Shown here: positions 23,186 to 34,503 of the stretch, piece by piece
Numbering within the stretch: the stretch's first letter is position 1
How the letters are laid out: each line of letters opens with the position of its first letter
NCBI GenBank assembly: GCA_043228905.1
Contig: JBHGNT010000020.1
Location: forward strand, 7,130,001 to 7,194,000
Length of the DNA: 64,000 bases
Direction: 5' to 3'
Origin: Azolla caroliniana
Taxonomy: Eukaryota > Plantae > Polypodiophyta
Program-made: the position numbers and the translations under genes
Notes under the pieces: generated by a model
The model's input: the letters and a program-made list of their open reading frames with translations, nothing else
Told to the model about the DNA's origin: nothing
Databases searched by the model: none

Positions 23186-26100
23186 TGTTGGGTTTACGGT
23201 CCCTTCGGATGGGATGGTCGGACGTCGGAGATGAATGCCGACGAGCCCGGTTTCGGTTTCGGAACCGGATGATGAAGACCCCGGCTTCGGAGCCGGATGA
23301 CGAATGTACCCGGAGAGAGATCCGGATGCGGGGACATATCTGTGAATATGTTTGCCAAGGGCCCTTGAGGCTATAGTTGTAAATAGCCCTAAAGTCATAT
23401 GTGTATAAATATGACTTAGGGCAAACAGTTTTTAGGTTGCTACTTATTTTTCTGTTTTTCCACTCAAGAGGAGTGAAGAGAGAGCAGCCGTGAGAGAGAT
23501 AGAGCGTGAGAGAGGAAGAGGTCGACGCCTCTGTGTATTTCCGCCGCCTGTGGCGAGGACAGCGAGCTCAAGGTCGTCGCCTTGCAGCTCGCCATTGTAT
23601 ACTTCTCTGTGCATGGTTTTGGTTCGGAGTCTTGTACTCCCGTGGTTTTTCCCGTACAGGGTTTTCCACGATAAATCGTGTGTCCACTGCATTTCCCATT
23701 TTCTGCAACAACGATTCGTGTGTTTCCTTGGTTGTGGCCGAGAAGTGGAGTTTGGAAAGCGTCGATATTTCCATCAATTTGGTATCAGAGCGGGCTGCTG
23801 CAGAAAATGGAAGGCGGCGGCAGCGGGCAGCCGGGGATGATGGTGCTGAATGCGCAGAATTACGCCGACTGGAAGATCAAGATGGAGGATCTTCTGATTG
23901 TTCGGGACCTGTACGAACCGATTGACAGGTCGGAAATACCGAAGGGGGTACTTGAGTCGGAATGGAGGCTTCTGAACCGGAAAGCCGTTGCAACCATTCG
24001 GCAATACGTCGATGTGAGCGTTCTACAACATGTGGCGAACGACATCAACGCATATGAGATGTGGCGGAAGCTGTCGGGCCTCTACGAGAGGAAGAATGCG
24101 TTGAACCGGACCTCCCTGATGAGGAAGATAGTGAACCTCAAGTACCGGGACGGCGAGAGTATGGTGGAACACGTAAGCACGTTCATGGGATTCGTGAACC
24201 AGCTTGCGGCGATCAAGTTCCCGCTGGAGGATGCAATGCAAGCCATCATTCTGATGTGTACGTTGCCGGAAAGCTGGGAGAACTTGGTGGTGACTCTCAG
24301 CACCTCCTGCACGGAAGATAACTTGTCCCTACAAACGGTAAAGACAAGTATTTTGAACGAAGAAGCGCGTCGGAGAGATAAAGAACCGGCCTCCGACTCG
24401 AAGGCGCTGCTTACCGAATCGGAACGAGGAAGACAATGGAACCGGAGTCCGCAAAGACGGGAGAAGTCGGGGACCCGGTCGCAGTCAAGAGGAAGACCCA
24501 CATGCTTCCACTGTGGGAAGCCGGGGCACTTCCGGAAGAATTGTTGGCATTACCGAAAGGACAACGGAGCCGACGACACCGATTCGAAGAAGTCACCGGA
24601 GAGAAACGGTGCATATCGGGGAGCCACGGACCGGAGAGGTCCGGATCGGCGAGGGCAGGACCGGAAAGGAACGACGGCACTCGCGGCAAGTGAGGAAGAA
24701 ATCATGCTCATCACCGAAGAAGGTGAACTAAATATTGCCGGCGATGAGACGACCTGGGTGGTCGATTCCGGAGCATCGTTCCACCTGACCCCGGAGAGAA
24801 GATACTTCTCATCCTACACAGCCGGTGAGCATGGCTGTGTTCGGATGGGAAATGAAGGTACGTGCCGGATTGCCGGCATAGGAGACGTGTGGTTGACAAC
24901 CTCGACCGGATGCAAAATGCTGTTGAAGGATGTCCGACACGTTCCGGAGGTTCGATTGAACCTGATTTCGGCCGGGAGGCTAGACGATGAAGGCTACACA
25001 GGTAGCATCCGGAACGGCGTAATGAAGTTCAGCAAGGGGAGCCTGATAGTGGCTCGGGCCCGGAAAGTCAACACACTGTACCTTATGAATGCCTGGTTGT
25101 GTCCGGAAGAGTTGAACGTGGCAGCCGACACTGCCGGTGAGCTGTGGCACAAGAGACTGTGCCACATGAGTGAGAAGGGGATGAAGAGGCTTGCAGAAGA
25201 CAACCTTATTCCAGTGAAGCATGTGCACCTGGAGAAGTGCACCGATTGCCTGGCCGGTAAGCAGAACCGAACCTCCTTCCACTCAAGGCCACCGACGAGA
25301 CGTAGCGCACCATTGGAGTTGGTGCACACTGATGTGTGTCAGGTAGAAACGAAGTCACATGGCGGAGCCCAGTACTTCGTAACATTCATAGATGATCATA
25401 GCCGAAAACTGTGGACGGCACCGCTGAAGACAAAGGACCAAGTGTTGTGCGTCTTCAAAGAACTCCACGCGAGAGTGGAAAGGGAATCCGACAAGAAGTT
25501 GAAAGCGATACGAGCGGATAACGGAGGGGAATACCGGGGGCAGTTCGCGGAGTACTGTCGCACGAAGGGAATCCGGCTCGAGTTTACTGTGCCGAAGACG
25601 CCGGAACTGAACGGGCTGGCCGAGAGGATGAACCGAACCATAATGGAGAGGGTCCGGAGTATGCTGGCGCATGCGGAATTACCCAAGGGGTTTTGGGCTG
25701 AGGCGATGTCGACGGCGACATACGTGATAAACAGATCACCCTCAGTACCTTTGGACGGAGACACGCCGCAGAGAGTGTGGACCGGTAGGGAAGTATCCTA
25801 CCGGCATCTGAAGGTGTTCGGGTGTCTCGCATATGTGCATGTGGCTAAGGACCGGAGAGGAAAGCTAGATCCAAAGACCCGGCCATGCATATTCGTCGGT
25901 TACGGCGATGACGAGTTCGGCTACCGAGTATGGGACCCGGTCGACAAGAAGATATTCCGGAGTCGTGATATCATCTTCATGGAGAACAAGACACTCGCCG
26001 ACTGGGAGTCGGAAAAGAAGATGAAGAGCTCCAAGTCGACCGGTGAGGATCAACTCTACGAGGAGCAGTCCCGACCGGCAAGGGACCGGTTAGCACTCGA

Positions 26101-28444
26101 GGATCCGGCCGAAGACGGTGAAGAAACAGAACCGGCCGAAGAAGATGAAAATGATACCGGAACCGGCCCCGATCCCGAAATGGATTCGGATGAAGAAGAA
26201 TCGGAAGAACCGGTTACCGAAGCTCCGGAACGGAGATATCCTCTAAGAGAGAGAAGGGCCCCCCGGAGATTTCCGGAACCAGAGCACGTGCTGCTAACCG
26301 ACGAGGGGGAGCCGGAGAGCTTTGAAGAAGCAAAGCATGACACCCAGAGCCGCAGGTGGTTGAGTGCCATGTAGGACGAGATGGATTCCCTGCATGAGAA
26401 CCACACATATGAACTTGTGGAGTTGCCGAAAGGAAAGCGGGCACTTCGAAACAAGTGGGTGTTCAAGCTGAAACCGGGAGATGCCGGAAACCCCCCGAGA
26501 TACAAAGCCAGGATCGTGGTGAAGGGGTTTCAGTAGAAGAAGGGCGTCGACTTCGACGAGATATTTGCCCCGGTAGTGAAGATGACCTCCATCCGAACGG
26601 TGCTGAGCATAGCGGCAAGCATGGACCTCGAGGTAGAACAGATGGACGTGAAGACGACATTCCTTCACGGTGACCTCGAAGAAGAGATCTACATGCAGCA
26701 ACCGGAAGGATTCGAGAAGAAAGGGAAGGAGCACCTGGTATGCCCCGGCAATGGTACCGGAAGTTCGACTCTTTCATGACTGACGAAGGGTACCTCAAAA
26801 CGCAGTCCGACCACTGCGTGTTTGTGAAGAAGTTCGAAGGAGGAGACTTTCTAATACTCCTCCTGTACGTAGACGACATGCTGATCGTCGGACGGGACCA
26901 GGTCAAGATACGGATGCTGAAGAAGGCTCTTCACCGAACCTTCTCAATGAAGGACTTGGGTCCGGCGAGACAAATACTAGGGATGCACATCATCCGGGAC
27001 CGGAGCAAGAAGCAGTTGTGGCTGTCACAAGAGAAGTACGTGACAAAAGTGCTTAAACGGTTCAACATGTCGGAAGCAAGACCGGTCGGATCGACCCTCC
27101 CGGCAAACTGCAAGCTGTCCAGCAAGCAAAGCCCCAAGACAAAGGCTAAGAAGGAGGACATGATGAAAGTGCCATATGCCTCTGCCGTCGGAAGCTTGAT
27201 GTACGCAATGGTGTGTACAAGACCGGACATTGGATACGCAGTCGGAGTGGTGAGTCGGTACATGAGCAATCCCGGCAAAGATCATTGGAACGCGGCCAAG
27301 TGGATACTCCGATACCTGAAGGGCACGGCAAACGTGTGCCTCCGATTCGGCTCCGGTAAGCCCGAACTCGACGGCTTCACCGATTCGGATATGTCGGCTG
27401 ATGCAGATACCAGCCGGTCCACATCAGGGTATGTGATGACGTATGCAGGGGGAGCTGTTTCATGGCAGTCGAGGCTGCAGAAGACGGTTGCGTTGTCAAC
27501 CACGGAGGCGGAGTACATGGCGGCTGTTGAAGCCGGCAAGGAAATAATATGGATGAAGGACTTCATTAGAGAGCTCGGTATCCGGCAGGAGGAGTACCGA
27601 CTCTACTGCGACAGTCAGAGTGCAATCCACCTTGCGAAGAACGCGGCCTATCACTCCCGGACGAAGCACATCCAGCGAAGATATCACTGGATCCGGGAAA
27701 GAATAGAAGACAAGGAGTTCGTGCTGACGAAGGTACACACGGACAAGAACGGGTCGGATATGCTGACCAAGGTGCTCACACCCGACAAGCTGGAAGCATG
27801 CCGGAAGAGGATCGGATTGGAAAGACATCTCATGCCGAAGTGAAGGGGGAGTTTGTTGGGTTTACGGTCCCTTCGGATGGGATGGTCGGACGTCGGAGAT
27901 GAATGCCGACGAGCCCGGTTTCGGTTTCGGAACCGGATGATGAAGACCCCGGCTTCGGAGCCGGATGACGAATGTACCCGGAGAGAGATCCGGATGCGGG
28001 GACATATCTGTGAATATGTTTGCCAAGGGCCCTTGAGGCTATAGTTGTAAATAGCCCTAAAGTCATATGTGTATAAATATGACTTAGGGCAAACAGTTTT
28101 TAGGTTGCTACTTATTTTTCTGTTTTTCCACTCAAGAGGAGTGAAGAGAGAGCAGCCGTGAGAGAGATAGAGCGTGAGAGAGGAAGAGGTCGACGCCTCT
28201 GTGTATTTCCGCCGCCTGTGGCGAGGACAGCGAGCTCAAGGTCGTCGCCTTGCAGCTTGCCATTGTATACTTCTCTGTGCATAGTTTTGGTTCGGAGTCT
28301 TGTACTCCCGTGGTTTTTCCCGTACAGGGTTTTCCACGATAAATCGTGTGTCCACTGCATTTCCCATTTTCTGCAACAACGATTCGTGTGTTTCCTTGGT
28401 TGTGGCCGAGAAGTGGAGTTTGGAAAGCGTCGATATTTCCATCA
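23186..28444 (+). mobile_element. Young full-length Ty1/copia element in an intron of the element B transposase
   Basis: 591-bp LTRs at 23186-23776 and 27854-28444 with two differences seen; TSD TAAAC; PBS TGGTATCAGAGC at 23780-23791; PPT GAAGGGGGAG at about 27842-27851. Confidence 0.96.
23807..27843 (+). pseudogene. pol: Copia gag-pol, nearly intact: two CAG>TAG stops and a frameshifting deletion of about 37 bp
   Basis: Open from 23807 to the TAG at 26372; second TAG at 26534; RLKKSLYGLKQA missing at about 26743; RT YVDD and RNase H intact to 27843. Confidence 0.93.
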
Positions 28445-28469
28445 TAAACCATAATTATTACTTATGCAC

Positions 28470-29480
28470 GAGTGAACAATACTAACAGACGAATCAATAC
28501 AAATGAACAGGAGAGGATAGTACTAAGTTATTGATTAGTACTAATGCAGAAGAGAGGATAGTATGAAGTTGGAGATTAGTACTAACATACGAGAGAAGGA
28601 AGTGGTAAGTTATTAATTAGTACTAATGCAAGAGAAAGTATAGTACTAAGTTAAAAATTAGTACTAACAGACGAGAGACGGAAGTGGTAAGTTATTAATT
28701 ATGTAGGCATGCATGAGAGAGAACAATCATAAGCTATAAGTTGGTCGTAATGAACACCGTTGGAGAGTACTGAGTTATTAATTAGTACTAATGCATGAGA
28801 GAGGACAATCCTAACTTATAAGTTGGTCTTAATGAACAAAATTGGATAGTACTAAGTTAATAATTAGTGCTAATGAACATGGTTGGATAGTACTAAGTTA
28901 ATAATTAGTATTAATGAGAGAGGATAATCCTAAGTTATAAATTAGTACTAACGAACAAAGTTGAATACAACTAAGTTATGAATTAGTACAAACATTACTG
29001 AGAGAGGACAATGTAAGAATTAATTAGTGCTTGTGCTTGCCAGATGGCAGTCCAAAGTTATAAATTAGTACTAATGAACGAAAGAGGATAGTACTAAGTT
29101 ATTCATTAGTACTAATGCACAAGAGATGGCAGTGCTAAGATATAAATTAGTACTCGTGCCAATGAAGGAATACAATCCTAAGTTATAAATTAGTACTTGT
29201 GCATGCAGGATCTGCGTACTTAGTTGTAAACCATAGTCAGTACTTGTGCATGTGCACTAGAGAGGACAATACTATGTTGTAAATTAAGGATACATTACAA
29301 GGCCTAAACCTTAATCAGTACTTGTGTGCACGTAGGAGGACAATACTAAGTTGTAAGTTAAGTTTACTTAACATGGTTATTACCATAATCAGTACTAGTG
29401 AATCTAGGAGGAGAGAACCAAATGACCAATCAGTTCAGATTCACATTTCAAGATAGTACTGGTGCATGTAGCTAGAGAAT
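28470..29480. repeat. TAGTACTAA-rich degenerate tandem array in transposase B intron 2
   Basis: About 40-bp units such as gagaggatagtactaagttattaattagtactaatgca. Confidence 0.85.
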
Positions 29481-32239
29481 TACTAATTCAGTATTTTATA
29501 CAAACATTTATAAGTACTATGGAGTATTACAAAAGTAGACTTCCATTTATAAGTACCAAACATATGGATTATTTCCTCACCTTGCAATGAAGTAGAAGGA
29601 CCGAGCCACCTTAAATTGCGAGGCAGCACCATTAGACCAAACCCAATGATGATTAAAGTTAACACCCAAGGGCAATAAATCTGCATGGTGAAGCTTAAAA
29701 CAATGTTGAACAAATAGTGTATCATGCTTTTTATCATCTGAAATGTAGAATATTGATTTCTTATGTAACTCACCGTCTTCTGTCTAGTATCAAATATGTA
29801 CAAGTATTGTACATTGGTCATTGTACCAATGCATTGATTGAACCTCATTTTCAACTTTAAACGTATAGTTCTCTACAAAGTCAATAACAGATACTATAAC
29901 ATATGGTGGTAAGTTATTTATACATTCCTTGAACTGTGAATTTTGCCAATAACTCCTAAAGTTATGTGGAATGAGCTCCCCGAGTTGGTTCTTAAACTCT
30001 GAGACAAGGGTAGAAGCACATGTCTCCTTATATACTTCCTTGATACACTTACTAACGAGACCCTTACCTATATTTTCAGTCACATACTCTAAATATTTCC
30101 ATTTCACAGTATGACAATTATCTACATCAAGCTCTTGTCTACGAAGTGGCAGTTGTTGGCAAACCTTACATGTTCTTAGAAGAGATGTACGATTATGCCA
30201 CTCAGATGATGGTTGTTTTTCACAAACAAAAGACCTCCATAACTCAGAAACTGATGCATATGTCATGTTTCGTGCATTACATCTATTATCACTCCCATTT
30301 GGTCTACATACCTCACAAGTGCAAACATACCTATACCCATGTATACCCTTAGAATTAGTACGCATAATGTTCATGCCAGGCCTTAACATGTCCATTTTAA
30401 TGTTGTACACACAACAACATGTGTTCCTCTCTTTTAACTTTCTAACAAAAAACGGTTTCAAACCTTGGAACTTGCGAAACCCAAGATTGATGTTAGGATG
30501 TTGGTTTTTGATGTTTATGAACAATTCAACCTACATAAGTTAATAAATAGTTAACGTTAATAGGATCCTTTAGTAAATAAAATAATTTAAAACCAAATAG
30601 AATTTAAAATAAAAGAATTACCTTAGTCATCTCCAAGAAGTATCTTGGGTGAATCTGGTACCTACCCTGACTTATACGTTGTATACATACATCTTTTTTA
30701 TTCGGTGAGACACGTGTGTTTTTTTTCCAAAAGGAATCCACTTCCTCAATAATCTTATGAGACAAGGCATCAAATCATCGTCTATGGCCTAATCCCAACC
30801 ACTTATATTGATTTGACTGTATATTTGTCCGATGCTTCCTCAAGTTCCTTCTTTGAATACCAAGGGCTAAGGCAACTTTAGTATCACTATTTTTTTTTTC
30901 TTGTACCATTTACAACCATGTGAAGGGTTGCTCTCTTTGCACCAAGCTTATCTATGCTCTCTACCCCTTTCACTAAGTGTAGAGATGACTTCATAGACTC
31001 CACAATCTCCTCTAAAATACATTAGTCCCGAAACTTAATATTCTCCATGCACTCATTCAAAAGTTGACGGTGTAACAATCTAGAGATAATATCCCTATGA
31101 TCTTCCTTGGTAAATCTCTCAATTACTTCTAGTAAATAACGGACTAAGTGAAGAACCAACCGTCTCTTGCTCCTCTTAGACATAGAATTGCTACATGACA
31201 ACTCACTCTCCTTGACATCTACCATTTCCACTCTCATGCATTCTAGCACCTAATTTCATGTTATTTCAGTACCTAATTAATCAAAATAAATGCTTAATAC
31301 ATCGTAGAATAAACGTACTTAATACGTCATAGCAGAAACATCAACCATTTTTTGAATAAACATGTACGATAATGTCACACTCATATATTCCTTTAACAAA
31401 ACAATATAGTACTAAGAAAGACAACCATAAGAATAGGCTAATATAAAAGTCAAGTTTTAGGTGTTATCCACATGTGCCTGACATCATTGGCAAAAGATTA
31501 TCATTCTATTAAGATCGGGAAATAATACAAATAACAATATGCTCAACGTAATATGGTAACAATGAACAAGTAGATGGAGATGATAATGACAATAATAATC
31601 ATGATGAGGATGAAGACATTATCTTTTTAGCATAAATAAATCTTAAAGTTTCCATTTGAAAGGATAAACTATAAATATTAAAGCCTAAAAACAGTTCTGA
31701 AATAACCTACGTCATAAATAATAACTTTAATAAACACTAGAGAACTTATGCTACAGAAATGTAAGAGTAATATCGAGTGAAGGAGAAGACATACCGAGGG
31801 AGGGAGAAGACATACTGACAGAAGGCGAAGATGGGGAAGATGTGTGACACAAAGAACAACCAAATCTTGGGGACATTCGCGTGCTGCGAATACTTGAGAT
31901 GTAGAGAATGACAAAACGGTGAATATGAGATGGGCTCGGTTGGAAGGAGGAAGAGGAGACGCCAAAATGGTGAGAAGCGCCAAATTCAATTAATGTGGCA
32001 TGCTAAATTAAAAGTGAGGGGGAAATAGCCCCCAAATAAGTCCTGACTCCTGAATACGCAACAACTATCTCCCCCCATTATTTAATGCAATGTGTAATAC
32101 CCCTACCCCACTCCCTAAACAGATTATAAATTTTTCCGATTTTTTTAAAAACTTTTTTATAATTACTTAGTACTAACAGTACTCGTGTTGTTTTGGCCAA
32201 AAACAATACTTTTTTGGTACACCGTAGCATGCTTCGACC

Positions 32240-34503
32240 TGTGTATCAATCCTTTAAGCGTCTCACAAAGTGTGCCTTAAGAGACTCGAATGTTTGTAGT
32301 TGAACTTTGATATTTGGATGCATTCGCTTAAACCTAATAAATAAATTAACCTGCATAATAAAAAGGGAGTCCAATAAGTATAAAAAATGCGCCCTAATGT
32401 AGCTAGTTAGATATAGTGTGGTAGCTCATTAACTATGATCATACTCTCGTCGTAGCTAATTAGCTCTTGACATAGCTAACTCGCTATTGCCAGTAGCTAT
32501 TTAGCTATTGACAATACCTAATTAGCTCCTCATATAGCTAACTAGCTATTGCTAGTAGCTAATTAGCTACTCTTAATAGCTAATTACTTGATAAGTGTTA
32601 TGTTTACTATTGGCAATAGCTAAATAGCTATTATTGTGGTAGCTAATTAGCTGATAATAGCTAAGTTAGCTATTGTCTATCGATATTTAGCTATTACTGA
32701 TAGCTAGTTAACTATGATCATATTCTCAGGTAGCTAATTAGCTATTGTGATAGCTAACTAGCTACTGGTAATAGCTATTTACTAAATAGTTATTACCAGT
32801 AGCTAGTTAGCTATCGTCATATTCTGAGATAGTTAATTAGCTAGTGTGGTAGCTGATTAGCTAATAATAACTAAGTTAGCTATTGTCAATCGTTATTTAG
32901 CTATTACGAGTAGCTAGTTAGCTATGATCATATTTTGAGGTAGCTAATTAGCTATAGAGATAGCGAACTAGCTTCTGGTAATAGCTAAATATCTATTACC
33001 AGTAGCTAGTTAGCTATGGTCATATTCTGAGATAGCTAATTAGCTATTGTGGTAGCTAACTAGCTAATAATAGCCAAGTTAGCTATTGTCAATCACTATT
33101 TAGCTATTACCAGTAGCTTGTTAGCTATGATCATATTCTCAGGTAGCTAATTAGCTATTGTGATCATAACTAACTAGCTGATAATAGTTAACTAGCAACT
33201 GGTAATAGCTAAATAGCTAGTTAGCTATGGTCATATTCTAAGATAGCTAATTAGCTATTGTGGTAGCTAATTAGCTGATAATAGCTAAGTTAGCTATTGT
33301 CAATCACTATCTAGCTATTACTAGTAGCTAGCTAGCTACGATCATATTTTGAGGTAGCTAATTAGCTATTGTGATAGCTAACTAGCTGATAATAGCAACT
33401 ATTACCAGTAACTAGTTAGCCATATTCTAAGATAGCTAATTAGCTATTGTGGTAGCTAATTAGCTGATAATAACTAAGTTAGCTATTGTCAATTGCTATT
33501 TAGCTATTACCAGTAGCTAGTTAGCTATGATCATATTCTGAGGTAGCTAATTAGCTATAGTGATAACTAATTAGTTGATAATAGTTAAGTTAGGTATTGT
33601 GAATCGTTATTTACCTATTATCAGTAGCTAGTTAGCTATGGTCATATTCTGAGGTAGATAATTAGCGATTGTGGTAGCTAATTATATATGGTCATATTCT
33701 GAGATAGCTAATTAGCTGATTATAGCTAGGTTAACTTTTTTCAATCACTATTTAGCTATTACTAGTAGCTAGTTAGCTATGATCATATTCTAGCTAATTA
33801 GCTAACTAACTAAGCTTAAAAATCAAAACAAAAGTTGAGATAAATTTAAATACTTGATGTACATCAAGAAGATGAATGGGATGCTCCTGATATTGACTCC
33901 TTCTAACACGTCTCCTGCATAAATCCTTATTGGGAGAAACCCTACTCTCATTAGTCCAAAATATGGTGATTATATCCTTGATTTCTGATGTTATGGGTGT
34001 CATTAGCTTACATCTTGTGGTTAGCTTTAGCAGACTAGTTCCTTCACCACTTGAAATTATCCGGTTCATTGTATTGTACAATGTTTTTCTACTAACACCA
34101 ATTACGTTAGATAGCACACTTATGTCAAGATCGTCAACATCACTATTAAGTAACATCATTAGACTAGACCTTTTTAAGACAAGATCATATTCTAACTTGC
34201 TCATGGATACAAAACTATTACGGAGATTATTTGCATTAAGACCATCAGAATCAACTAACTCCTTTATCGATGGATCATTTAATATTCCATAAAGTACTAG
34301 CTTCTTGTCTTCATTGCTGATGTGCTTGGCTTGAACATTGAAATAGTCTATAACCTTCCTCTCTATGATAGTAGTCTCATTACTTCCATTCTTAGTGGTA
34401 TTCAGACCTATATTGCAACCAATGCTATCCTTACCTTTAGTGAATGTGGCTTTCGTATCCTTCAACAATTGACGATGTTTCTGTTTTTCTTCTGCCCAAT
34501 ACT
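32240..34503 (-). pseudogene. Element A transposase N-terminal exons with a 1.5-kb array-filled intron
   Basis: Exon 34503-33854 ends ...FWTNESRVSPNKDLCRRR...LLDVHQ; GT-AG intron 32351-33853; exon 32350-32240 reads VNLFIRFKRMHPNIKV...FESLKAHFVRRLKD*YT. Confidence 0.82.
32390..33810. repeat. Large TAGCTA tandem array (about 20-bp subunits in higher-order units), intronic
   Basis: Dozens of tagcta(a/g)ttagcta copies and a recurring gatcatattctgagg spacer. Confidence 0.92.

Larger units (their letters stand above)
15058..31249 (-). pseudogene. Element B transposase, split by introns and two copia insertions
   Basis: Segments at about 31249-30622; intron 30531-30621; 30530-29581 (CCC, VIDFVENYTFKVENEVQSMHW, ISDDKKHD, WSNGAASQFK); intron 23130-29580; 23129-22464 (WNYFGSGHGKGQHDGAGAVIKR, CFCSMC); 15347-15058, where GES joins VVYGNYY across TSD AGACT. 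Confidence 0.85.
8967..32239 (-). mobile_element. DNA transposon B (Sola-like), complete with TIRs and TSD; about 10.9 kb once two copia insertions are removed
   Basis: Left end GGTCAGAGCATGCTACGGTGTACCAA and right end (reverse complement) GGTCGAAGCATGCTACGGTGTACCAA; 4-bp TSD TGTG at 8963-8966 and 32240-32243; TTTTGGCCAAAA palindrome near both ends. Confidence 0.9.

Noticed and set aside
23678-23806. N-terminal extension of the 898-aa ORF
   Set aside because: It lies in the LTR and PBS; the likely gag start is the ATG at 23807.
26372-26536. Stops repaired by U-to-C RNA editing
   Set aside because: Such editing is organellar. These are nuclear transposons that also carry frameshifts, and C>T deamination explains the stops.
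32390-33810. CRISPR-like appearance of the palindromic repeat array
   Set aside because: The spacers are themselves repeated, there are no cas genes, and the context is a eukaryotic intron.
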